DNA from: Candidatus Nomurabacteria bacterium RIFCSPHIGHO2_12_FULL_42_19
GTDB taxonomy: Bacteria > Patescibacteriota > Minisyncoccia > Phycocordibacterales > UBA9973
NCBI GenBank assembly: GCA_001786955.1
Contig: MFUM01000004.1
Span: forward strand, 4,457-68,456
DNA: 64,000 nt
Direction: 5' to 3'
In this document: positions 27,168 through 38,412 of the stretch, piece after piece
Layout: each line of letters opens with the position of its first letter
Numbering within the stretch: the first letter of the stretch is position 1
Made by a program: the position numbers and the translations under genes
Notes under the pieces: model-generated
Databases searched by the model: none
What the model was told of the DNA's origin: nothing
The model's input: the letters and a program-made list of their open reading frames with translations, nothing else

Positions 27168-29068
27168 ACTTTGTTTTTAATTCAAAAATAAAATTGTGGA
27201 AATGGATTTTAGCCGCTATTTTTGTAGGATTTTTTTTGACGTCATTATTTTTTAAAAATACGGAAAAAGAAGGAATATTCCGGCCGCAAAATAATAAAGC
27301 TTCGGTAATACAACTTATCGCCCCGGAACCAAAAACAATAAAACCCCGGTATTTTTACGTCAATAAAGACGCAAACGGACAACCTAAAGTCTCCGCCACG
27401 GCATATTTGGTCGGTGATTTGAATACCGGAGAAGTCGTTTTGGCAAAAAATCAAGACCAGAAATTCCCGATTGCTTCCATATCCAAGCTGATGACGGCAC
27501 TTGTTGCTAGAAAAATAACAACTTTGGACGATACGGCGCGGGTAAGCAAAACAGCTTTGGCAACTTACGGCAAAAACGGCGAATTAAGGTTGGGAGAAAA
27601 AATAAAAATCGCCGACCTGATATATCCTCTTCTTTTGGAATCAAGCAATGATGCGGCGGAAGTACTCGCCCTGCATTTTGACAGAAATAATTTTATTTCA
27701 AAAATGAACCAGGAGGCGGAAAAATTAAAGATGTCCGGAACGTTATACGAAGATCCGAGTGGGCTTTCTCCCAATAACCAGTCGACCGCTTCCGACATAT
27801 TTAAGTTGACAGGATATTTGATGCAGCAACAGCCGGATCTGCTGAAAATCACGACAAAACGAAGTTATTCCGATAAAAAACATTCTTGGTCAAATATCAG
27901 CCAGTTTCTGGGCAAAGACGGTTATTTGGGAGGAAAAAGCGGATATACGGATGAAGCGAAACAAACAGCTGTTTCTATTTTTTCTTTGCCTCTCGGGGAA
28001 AATAGCTACCGCCCTGTTGCTATTGCCTTATTGCAAAGCTCTGACCGCTACAAAGACGTAGAAAATATCCTAAATTATCTGAAGAAAAACATATACTACG
28101 GGGGAGAAGCAGATGCAAATACCAATTGGGTGCAGGAAAAAATCGGAGTGCCGGATATTAAAGATCCTAATTTTATAACTATTGTTTTCGCCGGCGACGT
28201 AATGCTTGGACGCGGAGTCCGAAATTCAGTTATAAAAAATTTCAATAATGATTATTCCGCGCTGTTTGGAAAATCAAAAGAACTGTCGGAATTATTAAAA
28301 AAATCCGATATTGTTTTTGCTAATTTGGAAGGTACCGCTTCGGACCAGGGCATTGACCAGAAAAATTTATATTCTTTTAGAATGGACCCGGCCGTCATTC
28401 CGGCCTTAAGGGGCGCGGGCATCAGCATTTTATCTATGGCTAATAACCATATTGCGGACTGGGGACGCCTGGCATATATTGATACGCTTTCGCGCTTGAA
28501 AGAAAATGAAATACTCTACACCGGTGGAGGAAATAATAAAACAGAAGCCGAAACGCCGGCAGTTATTGAAAAATACGGAATGAAAATCGGTTTTCTCGGT
28601 TTCTCCGATAAAGGACCGGACTATATGGCGGCAGACGCCGATAAAGCAGGCGTTCTTCTGGCCAACGATCCGGATTTTGATGAAATAGTTAAAAAAGCCA
28701 GCGCCAAAGTTGACTATTTGATAGTTTCGTTTCACTTCGGTGATGAATACCAGGCGAAGCATAATGCCAGGCAGGAATATTTAGCGCACAGGGCGGTTGA
28801 TGACGGCGCGAAAATTATTATTGGAAACCATCCGCATGTCATAGAAGATACGGAAGTTTATAAAAACAGCTTCATCGCCTACTCGCTCGGCAACTTTATC
28901 TTTGACCAGTCTTGGAGCAAGGACACGATGAAAGGCATGCTTCTGGAAATTAAATTAAACAGAGACGGTTCTATGACAGTCAAGAAAAATATTGTCCAAT
29001 TAAATTCCGCTTTCCAGCCGGATAAAATAATTAAAGGCAAAGAGGAGAAAGTGATTTTCGGGAAGTAA
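27164..29068 (+). CDS. Fusion protein: N-terminal serine-type D-Ala-D-Ala carboxypeptidase (PBP, S11-like) plus a C-terminal CapA-family metallophosphoesterase domain
   Basis: 634 aa. N-terminal TM segment. PBP motifs SISKLMT (SxxK) and SGYT. The CapA-like half has GDVMLGRG, NLEG, ANNH and GNHPHV. Confidence 0.75.
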   Translation: MNFVFNSKIKLWKWILAAIFVGFFLTSLFFKNTEKEGIFRPQNNKASVIQLIAPEPKTIKPRYFYVNKDANGQPKVSATAYLVGDLNTGEVVLAKNQDQKFPIASISKLMTALVARKITTLDDTARVSKTALATYGKNGELRLGEKIKIADLIYPLLLESSNDAAEVLALHFDRNNFISKMNQEAEKLKMSGTLYEDPSGLSPNNQSTASDIFKLTGYLMQQQPDLLKITTKRSYSDKKHSWSNISQFLGKDGYLGGKSGYTDEAKQTAVSIFSLPLGENSYRPVAIALLQSSDRYKDVENILNYLKKNIYYGGEADANTNWVQEKIGVPDIKDPNFITIVFAGDVMLGRGVRNSVIKNFNNDYSALFGKSKELSELLKKSDIVFANLEGTASDQGIDQKNLYSFRMDPAVIPALRGAGISILSMANNHIADWGRLAYIDTLSRLKENEILYTGGGNNKTEAETPAVIEKYGMKIGFLGFSDKGPDYMAADADKAGVLLANDPDFDEIVKKASAKVDYLIVSFHFGDEYQAKHNARQEYLAHRAVDDGAKIIIGNHPHVIEDTEVYKNSFIAYSLGNFIFDQSWSKDTMKGMLLEIKLNRDGSMTVKKNIVQLNSAFQPDKIIKGKEEKVIFGK

Positions 29069-29100
29069 AAACAATTGAAATAGATAAAACTAATTAATTT

Positions 29101-31374
29101 TTATTTCGCAATTTGAGTAGCTTCTTCGAATTTTACCGAGAGAAGTTTGGAAGCTTCGTTGGAGCCGATGGTGACGCCGTAAAGAATTCCGGCTCTGGAC
29201 ATCGTTTCGCGGTTGTGGGTAACGACGATAAGCTGGGATTGCTTGGAGAGCTTCTCCAGCATATCCCCGTATTTTCGGGAGTTTGCTTCATCCAGCGCCG
29301 CATCCGTTTCGTCCAGCACCAAAAAAGGCGGCGGATTGACTTGCGACATAGCGAAAAGAAGGGCAATGGAAGTAAGCGACCTTTCTCCCCCGGAGAAAGC
29401 GTGAAGTTCCTTGACTTTCTTGCGCGGCAAAGAGACATTGATTTCTATTCCTTTTTCAATAACGATGTTCTCATCATCTTCTGATTCCCCCATTTCATCG
29501 TCATCTTCATTGATTTCATCAACTTTTTTCTTCTTAGTTTCAATAATAGAAATAGATCCGTGTCCGCCGCCAAACATTAATGAAAAGAATTCTTGAAACT
29601 CTACGTTGATTTTTTTGACACCTTCCTTGAATTCCGTATCTATTTTTTCCTTCAAATCAGCAATAAGTATAACCAGAGATTCAATGCTTTTGGATAAATC
29701 TTCCATTTCTTTCGTTAAAAATTGATCCCGCCCGGAAACTTCTTTATATTCCTTTATCAATTCCGCTCCGTTGCCCAGGCCCGTATCTTCTAATTTTATT
29801 TTTATGCGCTCAATTTTTTTCTTTTGGTCTTCTTGGTTATGCAATTCCCCGTTGTTTTCAATTTTATAGTCCTTATAAGAAAAAACTTCCCGTCCAATCA
29901 GGATTTCCCCTTCTTTTATCTCATTTTCAAAAGATTCGGCCCTATTTTTCAAATTCCCTTCTTTGATAGCCACAAGTTCCAGAGCGGAAGACAATTCTTG
30001 TTGTCTGACTCTCCAGGCAAATTTCTCCCGTTCAAGATCGCGTAAGGCCTCCATTTCCTTGTTTATTTCTTGTTTCAGTATCTCTATTGATTTGGCAATT
30101 TCTTTTTCTTTGCTTTCAATCCCTTTCATTTCTTCCAAGATTGCCTGCTGGGTTTTTTTTAGTTTTTCAATTTCTAAATTGTGGCTGGATTCATCCTTGT
30201 CATTTTGAGAGAATTTTTTCAAAATATTCTTAATACTCTCCAAAACGGGCCTAATCTCCTCAATACTTTCTTTTAAAAAAGCCAAATCTATAGAATTATT
30301 TATCTCACTGATTATGGCTTTGATTTCTTCCTGTGAAATTTCTATAAATAGGGATTTCTGTTCTTTCCTGCGTTCTTCCATTTCAACCATTCCCTCTATC
30401 CGCCCAAGCTTGCGTTCTATTTCACTTTTTACTCCGCGAAGGGAGTTGAGGCCTTCCTCAATTTTTCTCAATTCTTCTATTTTACCCCCACCCATCCTCC
30501 CCCTTATTAAGGGGGAGGTGTCAGAATGACGGAGGGGGTCGTTGTTTTCAACAATAGAAATTTTACCAGTTACATTTTTAAGTTCATTTGAAAGCTTGTT
30601 CCTTTCAGATGATAAATCGGCTTTCTCTTTCTCCAAAAAGATGCTTTCTTTCTTCAGATATTCCCCGTAAAGAGCCGTCAGCTCTGTTTGCATTTCTTTT
30701 GTTTTTTCAAATTTTTCCACCTGTTTCTTGAGAAAGTTAAGATGTGGGGCATTTTCCCGCCGCATTAAGGAAACCTCTTTCATGTTTTCATTCGTCCGTT
30801 CAAGTTTTCTCTCGCTTTCTTTTATCTTATATTGATAAATTTTAAGTCCCAAGGCATCTTCTACCATTTCTTTTTTTTCTCTTGCATTGGCGCTCAAAAT
30901 CCTGTCTGTCTCGCCCTGAGAAATAATGTGATGCCCGGAAGAACCTATGTTGACCGAGGCCAGCAAATTGTGAATATCCTTCAGTCTGACTTCTGTGCCA
31001 TTTAAAATATATTTATTCAACCCATCGGAAAAAACCTCGCGGGAAATTGAAATAACATCATAATTCAAATTAATATTCTCTCCCCCGTCATTGGAAAGCT
31101 TGAAAATTTTGTCGGAATTATTGAAATAGATGGTGACGGACGCCCGTGAGGCTTTTGGCAGATTTTTAGAACCTTTAAAAATGAGATCCGAACCGCCTTT
31201 TCCGCGCATGGATTTCATGGATTGTTCGCCCAAAACAAAGCGGATGGATTCCACCACATTGGATTTTCCGGATCCGTTCGGGCCGACAATGGAAACAATG
31301 GGATTTTCAAACTCTAAAACAGTTTTTTGGGCAAAAGACTTAAAACCATTTAGCTGGAGTGTTTTGAGCCGCAT
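29101..31374 (-). CDS. smc: SMC-family ATPase (chromosome segregation protein with a short coiled-coil)
   Basis: 757 aa. Walker A GPNGSGKSN at the N-terminus. C-terminal LSGGERSLTSIALLFA and LVLDETDAALD. Shorter than the canonical SMC (about 1180 aa). Confidence 0.8.
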   Translation of the reverse strand: MRLKTLQLNGFKSFAQKTVLEFENPIVSIVGPNGSGKSNVVESIRFVLGEQSMKSMRGKGGSDLIFKGSKNLPKASRASVTIYFNNSDKIFKLSNDGGENINLNYDVISISREVFSDGLNKYILNGTEVRLKDIHNLLASVNIGSSGHHIISQGETDRILSANAREKKEMVEDALGLKIYQYKIKESERKLERTNENMKEVSLMRRENAPHLNFLKKQVEKFEKTKEMQTELTALYGEYLKKESIFLEKEKADLSSERNKLSNELKNVTGKISIVENNDPLRHSDTSPLIRGRMGGGKIEELRKIEEGLNSLRGVKSEIERKLGRIEGMVEMEERRKEQKSLFIEISQEEIKAIISEINNSIDLAFLKESIEEIRPVLESIKNILKKFSQNDKDESSHNLEIEKLKKTQQAILEEMKGIESKEKEIAKSIEILKQEINKEMEALRDLEREKFAWRVRQQELSSALELVAIKEGNLKNRAESFENEIKEGEILIGREVFSYKDYKIENNGELHNQEDQKKKIERIKIKLEDTGLGNGAELIKEYKEVSGRDQFLTKEMEDLSKSIESLVILIADLKEKIDTEFKEGVKKINVEFQEFFSLMFGGGHGSISIIETKKKKVDEINEDDDEMGESEDDENIVIEKGIEINVSLPRKKVKELHAFSGGERSLTSIALLFAMSQVNPPPFLVLDETDAALDEANSRKYGDMLEKLSKQSQLIVVTHNRETMSRAGILYGVTIGSNEASKLLSVKFEEATQIAK

Positions 31375-31381
31375 ATTATTT

Positions 31382-32110
31382 TTAATCCAGCCAATTTTTT
31401 ATTTTTAATGCGGCTTCAGCCGCTTTCTGTTCGGCTTCTTGTTTTGATTTGCCCTTGCCCTCGGCAATCAAGTCCGGTCCGAAATAAATACCCACGGTAA
31501 AATGCTTGTCGTGGTCCGGGCCCGACTGATGCAAAACCTTATAGGCGGGAGTAACCAACACGAATTCCTGCGCTTTTTCCTGCACCAGGGACTTTGCATC
31601 GCGCCAAAGTTTTTTATTTACTATTTCTTCTGTCTTGGGCAGAAGAGTTTCAGCCACGAATTTATCTGCCGCATCATATCCTCTATCCAGATACATAGCT
31701 CCGACAAATGCCTCATAAGTATTCGCCAAAATATATTGCCTGGCTTTGCCGTAATCTTTGGCTTCGCCTTTGGACAAAAGTAAATAGTCGTTCATTCCTA
31801 TTTTTAAAGCAATTTCAGAAATAATAACGGCATTCACAAGAGCGGAACGAAGCGCGGTCAATTCTCCTTCCGTATAGTGCGGATATTTTTTATAAAGAAA
31901 ATCGGTGACAATGAGCTCGAGCACGGCATCGCCTAAAAATTCCAAACGTTCATTGTGGGAAAGAGAAGCCGCCGGATTTTCGTTTATATAAGAACGGTGC
32001 GTAAAAGCCTGTTTAAGCAAATCCTTATTCTTAAAAATTACTTTTATTTTTTTCTCAAAATTTGAAAAATGTGTCATGTTATCTGTTTGTTTTTTGTGAA
32101 ATAATTTCAA
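31382..32110 (-). CDS. rnc: Ribonuclease III
   Basis: [12 protein letters not shown] signature with a C-terminal dsRBD. Confidence 0.95.
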   Translation of the reverse strand: MKLFHKKQTDNMTHFSNFEKKIKVIFKNKDLLKQAFTHRSYINENPAASLSHNERLEFLGDAVLELIVTDFLYKKYPHYTEGELTALRSALVNAVIISEIALKIGMNDYLLLSKGEAKDYGKARQYILANTYEAFVGAMYLDRGYDAADKFVAETLLPKTEEIVNKKLWRDAKSLVQEKAQEFVLVTPAYKVLHQSGPDHDKHFTVGIYFGPDLIAEGKGKSKQEAEQKAAEAALKIKNWLD

Positions 32111-33041
32111 CCGCCTTGCTAATTAACGGGATAATGTCGTTATAAATACGGAGTTCCGGGATTGCGGAAAGCTCAAACCATCTTGCCCCATCCAGTCCGC
32201 CGGATTTTTCCAAGGCAAGTTCTCTGTATTCGCTCTTGGCTAAAAAATAAACCACCTTTTTCAGGCTTTTTCCTTTTTCTGGATGCGTTGCCACATATTC
32301 GTTTTCCCCCAATTTTTCTTCCATTTTAATATCAAGCCCGATTTCTTCCTTTATTTCTCTGATTGTCGCTTCTTCTTCGTTTTCTCCCTTTTCAATACTG
32401 CCCTTGGAAATAGTCCAATAGCCGAAAACATCATGCACTAATGCAAAAAAGACTTTGTTATTCTTTTTCGCATAAACAAGCGCTCCGCCTTTTTTCTCAA
32501 CTGGCAATTTTGCAGTATCCGGCACTTCTTCGTGTTTTTTCTTTCTGCTGACTTGTTCTTTTCCGGGCTCGCCTATTTCTTTATAAACCGCGCCTAAGAC
32601 GCCGTTGACGAATTTACCGGAATTCTCTCCGCCGAAAGTTTTTGCCAGTTCTATCGCTTCATTGATAGCCACTTTCGGAGGCACTTCCTTCCTGTCGCCA
32701 AAAAGGAGCTCCGTTAGGCCGATTCTCAGAATATTCCTGTCAACAACAGAAATCTTATCTATCGGCCAATCAGGCGCGGCCTTTTCTATGATTTCGTCAA
32801 TCATTGCGCGCTTCTTTAACACTTTATCCATAAGCGAGAACACAAAAACATCATCCTCCAACCCTGGGGCAAATTCTTTTAAATTTCTTTTGAGAATATT
32901 ATTTATCTCTCCGGAAATATCGGAATTGCTGATTTTCTTATCATCGGACCCGCCTGCGCTCGACTGTGGCGAGGCGAGCAGGAAATCCCACTCAAAAAGC
33001 GTCTGAAGAACTATTGATCTGGAAAGGTGCCTATTTGCCAT
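32079..33041 (-). CDS. nusB: NusB-like antitermination domain fused to a C-terminal NUDIX hydrolase domain
   Basis: 320 aa. The N-terminus [20 protein letters not shown]...[11 protein letters not shown] is NusB-like. The C-terminus carries a Nudix box [23 protein letters not shown]. Confidence 0.75.
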   Translation of the reverse strand: MANRHLSRSIVLQTLFEWDFLLASPQSSAGGSDDKKISNSDISGEINNILKRNLKEFAPGLEDDVFVFSLMDKVLKKRAMIDEIIEKAAPDWPIDKISVVDRNILRIGLTELLFGDRKEVPPKVAINEAIELAKTFGGENSGKFVNGVLGAVYKEIGEPGKEQVSRKKKHEEVPDTAKLPVEKKGGALVYAKKNNKVFFALVHDVFGYWTISKGSIEKGENEEEATIREIKEEIGLDIKMEEKLGENEYVATHPEKGKSLKKVVYFLAKSEYRELALEKSGGLDGARWFELSAIPELRIYNDIIPLISKAVEIISQKTNR

Positions 33042-33074
33042 AAAATAATGAACGGGGTGAACAATTTGTCAATT

Positions 33075-33133
33075 CACCTCACCCCCGACCCCTCTCCTTA
33101 TCAAGGAGAGGGGTGCCAAAGGCGGGGTGAGGT
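33075..33133. repeat. Intergenic copy of the GC-rich hairpin element family (CCTCTCC-TTATCAA-GGAGAGG core with an outer inverted repeat CACCTCACCCC / GGGGTGAGGT)
   Basis: Same core as the in-frame copies in pheS, rnr and smc. It also sits in terminator position after rpmF. Confidence 0.6.
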
Positions 33134-33357
33134 TATTTCTCCGCTTTTTTTGCTTTTGCTTTCTTTTGTCTCTTTTCCGTCTTTTTGACTAAATCCAAAA
33201 TCTTTTTCCCGCGGTAAAAACCGCAAGATGAGCACACTGTATGGCGTCTTTTTAGGGCTTTACAATTTTCACACTTGGAAAAACTCGTAGTTTCCAAGGC
33301 GTGGTGCGAGCGACGGTTTTTTGTATGCGATTTTGTATGCCTCATTCGTACTACCAT
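33133..33357 (-). CDS. rpmF: 50S ribosomal protein L32
   Basis: 74 aa. Contains HHALETTSFSKCENCKALKRRHTVCSSCGFY, a C4 zinc ribbon typical of L32. Confidence 0.85.
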   Translation of the reverse strand: MVVRMRHTKSHTKNRRSHHALETTSFSKCENCKALKRRHTVCSSCGFYRGKKILDLVKKTEKRQKKAKAKKAEK

Positions 33358-33432
33358 AATGAATACATCCTAGCATATTAAGGCCGAAAAGCAATTTTCA
33401 TATTGAAAATAATATGTTATTATAAACGAATT

Positions 33433-35208
33433 ATGGAAAAGACTGAAAAACTAGGCAATTTAAGGCATACTCTGGCTCACCTGCTCGCATCGGCCATCGG
33501 AGAGATTTATAAATTTGATAAAATCAAACTTACCCTCGGTCCGGCCATAGATAATGGCTTTTATTATGATATTGATTTTTGCGGCGAAAAAATGACCGAT
33601 GCGGATTTGAAAAAAATTGAAGATAAAATGCGGAAAAATTTGCCTAAATGGACAGAATGGGAACATAAAGAAATAAGCAAGGACGAAGCGTTAGAATTTT
33701 TCAAAAACGAATACAAGGCGGAATTAATAAATGAAATCGCCCTACGCGGAGAGAAAATTACTACTTATACTTGCGGAGGATTTACTGATTTATGCCGTGG
33801 TGGACACTTGGCGCATCCGTCTAAAGAAATAGATCCGGATTCTTTCAAGCTGGACCGCGTGGCCGGCGCTTACTGGCGAGGAGATGAGAAGAACAAAATG
33901 CTCACCCGAATTTACGGATTGGCTTTTGAGACCAAAGAAGAACTGGATGCATATTTAACACAAAGAGAGGAAGCAGAAAAAAGAGACCATCGAAAGCTCG
34001 GACAAGAGCTTGATATTTTTATTTTTGATGACGATGTCGGCCCGGGACTTCCGCTTTGGTTGCCAAATGGCGCCGTGATTATTGAAGAACTGGAAAAATT
34101 AGCAAAAGAAACGGAAGAAAAAGCCGGATATGTTCGTGTGCGCACTCCCCATATTGCCAAAGAATCAATGTATAAAAAAAGCGGGCATTTGCCTTATTAT
34201 GCAGACAGCATGTATTCGCCGATGGACTGTGAAGGAGAAAATTACTATCTCAAAGCGATGAATTGCCCGCACCATCATAAAATTTTTGCCGCGCGGCCAA
34301 AAAGCTATCGTGATTTGCCCCTGCGGCTTGCCGAATATGGCACAGTCTATCGTTATGAAAAATCCGGAGAACTTTTCGGGCTTATGCGCGTACGCTCCCT
34401 CTCAATGAATGACGCGCATATTTATTGTTCGGAAAAACAATTCGCGAATGAATTTCGCGCAGTTAATGAAATGTATCTTAAATATTTTAAAATTTTCGGA
34501 GTTGAAAAGTATATAATGCGATTCTCTACCCATGATCCGAAAGAACTTGGAAAAAAATATGTGGACGAACCGGAGCTCTGGCTGAAAACGGAAAAAATGG
34601 TCCGTGATGTTCTGATTGAATCAAAAATTCCATATGTTGAGGTGCCGAATGAAGCGGCTTTTTATGGGCCAAAAATAGATGTGCAAGTCTGGAGTGCTAT
34701 TGGGAAAGAGTTTACTCTGGCCACCAACCAGGTTGATTTTGCAGTGCCTAAGCGTTTTGATTTAACATTCACAAATAAAGAAGGCAAGGCAGAAACTCCG
34801 CTTTGTATCCATCGTGCGCCGCTCGGCACCCATGAAAGATTTATCGGCTTCTTGATTGAGCATTATGCCGGCATCTTCCCTCTTTGGCTCTCGCCAGTGC
34901 AGGTAAAAGTAATTCCTGTCCGCACAAATCATAATGAATATGCGAAGCAGATTTTTGAATTATTAAAAGAAAATAACATCCGTGCGGAATTGGATGATAG
35001 CGATGAAAACCTCGGCACAAAAGTCCGCGATGCAAAAAATAAAAAAATGCCTTACTGGATAGTCATCGGCGACAAAGAAATAGAAGCAAAAAAAGTAACT
35101 CTTGAATCCCGCCTGCCTGCGCAGGCAGGCGACGCTGGACAATTAGGACAAATTTCAAAAGAAGAACTCGTCGCAAAACTTGTGGCCGAGGTCAAAATTA
35201 AAATATAA
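33433..35208 (+). CDS. thrS: Threonyl-tRNA synthetase (short form lacking the N-terminal TGS domain)
   Basis: HTLAHLLASAI (SAD motif), class II motifs, and an anticodon-binding C-terminus. The ORF track starts at 33403; the ATG at 33433 (MEKTEK...) is an alternative. It carries the palindromic insert GCCTGCCTGCGCAGGCAGGC. Confidence 0.88.
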   Translation: MEKTEKLGNLRHTLAHLLASAIGEIYKFDKIKLTLGPAIDNGFYYDIDFCGEKMTDADLKKIEDKMRKNLPKWTEWEHKEISKDEALEFFKNEYKAELINEIALRGEKITTYTCGGFTDLCRGGHLAHPSKEIDPDSFKLDRVAGAYWRGDEKNKMLTRIYGLAFETKEELDAYLTQREEAEKRDHRKLGQELDIFIFDDDVGPGLPLWLPNGAVIIEELEKLAKETEEKAGYVRVRTPHIAKESMYKKSGHLPYYADSMYSPMDCEGENYYLKAMNCPHHHKIFAARPKSYRDLPLRLAEYGTVYRYEKSGELFGLMRVRSLSMNDAHIYCSEKQFANEFRAVNEMYLKYFKIFGVEKYIMRFSTHDPKELGKKYVDEPELWLKTEKMVRDVLIESKIPYVEVPNEAAFYGPKIDVQVWSAIGKEFTLATNQVDFAVPKRFDLTFTNKEGKAETPLCIHRAPLGTHERFIGFLIEHYAGIFPLWLSPVQVKVIPVRTNHNEYAKQIFELLKENNIRAELDDSDENLGTKVRDAKNKKMPYWIVIGDKEIEAKKVTLESRLPAQAGDAGQLGQISKEELVAKLVAEVKIKI

Positions 35209-35217
35209 ACCCCCAAC

Positions 35218-35430
35218 CTAAAGTTCAAGTACCTCTTTCACAATTTGGTGTGCAACGATTTGAGCTTGTTTTCTACCCAACGCAGGAGTCATCTCCTCAA
35301 TTGCCTTTGCAATCAAAGAATCTCTTTCCTCTGGTTTGCTATCTGTCCTTTTAAGCCCCGTCATTAGCTCTACTCGCGCATCACGCAATCGCAAGTCTGG
35401 TGATTTTTGGTTTAGATCTGATTCTCTCAT
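35218..35430 (-). CDS. Hypothetical small protein (70 aa) downstream of the Doc cassette
   Basis: ORF only. Charged and helical, with no recognisable domain. Confidence 0.35.
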   Translation of the reverse strand: MRESDLNQKSPDLRLRDARVELMTGLKRTDSKPEERDSLIAKAIEEMTPALGRKQAQIVAHQIVKEVLEL

Positions 35431-35480
35431 TTTATATAAACTATTAAGCTAATAATGATCTAATCATACAAGTTAAGAAC

Positions 35481-35513
35481 TTATATATCAATCTCCGCCA
35501 GCTTGGCGTTGGA
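35481..35513 (-). repeat. Orphan duplicate of the gyrB 3' end (encodes [10 protein letters not shown]), in frame directly after the doc stop codon
   Basis: A 14-nt identical core ATATCAATCTCCGC is shared with 36295..36308. The flanking codons are synonymous but recoded (TCC AAC GCC AAG CTG versus TCA AAT GCA AAA TTA). Confidence 0.7.
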
Positions 35514-35957
35514 TTATTTTGTTGCATCGTAATCTTCAATATTCTCTTCAATAAAAGAATTTATTATATTCATAATATTATGTCTTTCTTCTGGTTTGCT
35601 TTCAGCAACTTTACAGGCAAATTGATAGATATCTTGGTTGGGAGTAGAGAGCCATTTGCCATTTTGAACAAGAAAAAATAGCAGTGTTGTAACTGCAATT
35701 CTTTTATTGCCGTTTTGAAAGGGGTGATTTTTTACCATCAAATAAAAGAGTATTGCTGATTTCCCGATAAGGCCTTCGTATAAACTTTTTCTATCAAAAG
35801 TTTGAAATGGTGTTGCAATACAACTTTCCAATTTATCTGGAAAACGCGTTTCAAAGTCAGGAATTGGTTCATTCCATTCCATAAATTCCTTGGCGAGTTG
35901 AAAAGCGATATATTCCACATCTGCCAGATTAATACGTTTAATCGTTTGACGTGCCAT
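35514..35957 (-). CDS. doc: Doc (death-on-curing) / Fic-family toxin
   Basis: 147 aa. HPFQNGNKRIAVTTLLFFL matches the Doc motif HxFx(D/N)GNKR. Confidence 0.8.
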   Translation of the reverse strand: MARQTIKRINLADVEYIAFQLAKEFMEWNEPIPDFETRFPDKLESCIATPFQTFDRKSLYEGLIGKSAILFYLMVKNHPFQNGNKRIAVTTLLFFLVQNGKWLSTPNQDIYQFACKVAESKPEERHNIMNIINSFIEENIEDYDATK

Positions 35958-35967
35958 AAAATTTTAA

Positions 35968-36252
35968 TTATTCTTTTCCGAGTTTTCGCAATGCGGGACC
36001 ATATTTCTTTACCACACGCTTAACAACATCTTCTATATCCTTTTTGCGACGATCTGGCACAAAAACGCCTAAAATGGTCTCATATTCTTCTCTTGGAATA
36101 ATATAATTTCTTCCAATTTTTTCAGCATGTATTTGGCCTGACCGAATCTTCTTAAAAATAGCAACTCTGGAAACACCAAGAAGTTTCGCTATTTCCGGCG
36201 CAGAAAAGTACTTTTTGCTCTCTCCTTCAAAAATATGCTTATTTTTCAACAT
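35968..36252 (-). CDS. Excisionase-family helix-turn-helix DNA-binding protein (candidate antitoxin or regulator for Doc)
   Basis: 94 aa. YFSAPEIAKLLGVSRVAIFKKIRSGQIHAEKIGRNYIIPREE resembles the Xis/AlpA-like HTH (TIGR01764 pattern). Confidence 0.65.
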   Translation of the reverse strand: MLKNKHIFEGESKKYFSAPEIAKLLGVSRVAIFKKIRSGQIHAEKIGRNYIIPREEYETILGVFVPDRRKKDIEDVVKRVVKKYGPALRKLGKE

Positions 36253-36260
36253 ATATATAG

Positions 36261-36276
36261 GTTAACATATGTTAAC
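36261..36276. promoter_or_regulatory. Perfect 16-bp palindrome GTTAACATATGTTAAC, the putative operator of the HTH-Doc operon
   Basis: It lies just upstream of the HTH gene start, next to a TATATAT -10-like stretch. Confidence 0.5.
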
Positions 36277-36291
36277 TCATAAATCAATGGG

Positions 36292-38397
<2,106 letters not shown>

Positions 38398-38412
38398 CTA
38401 TTATAGCAAATT

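Noticed and set aside
35218-35430. 70-aa ORF downstream of Doc, considered as a third toxin-antitoxin component
   Set aside because: It has no recognisable domain and is separated from doc by the duplicated gyrB terminus. It is kept as a hypothetical CDS only.
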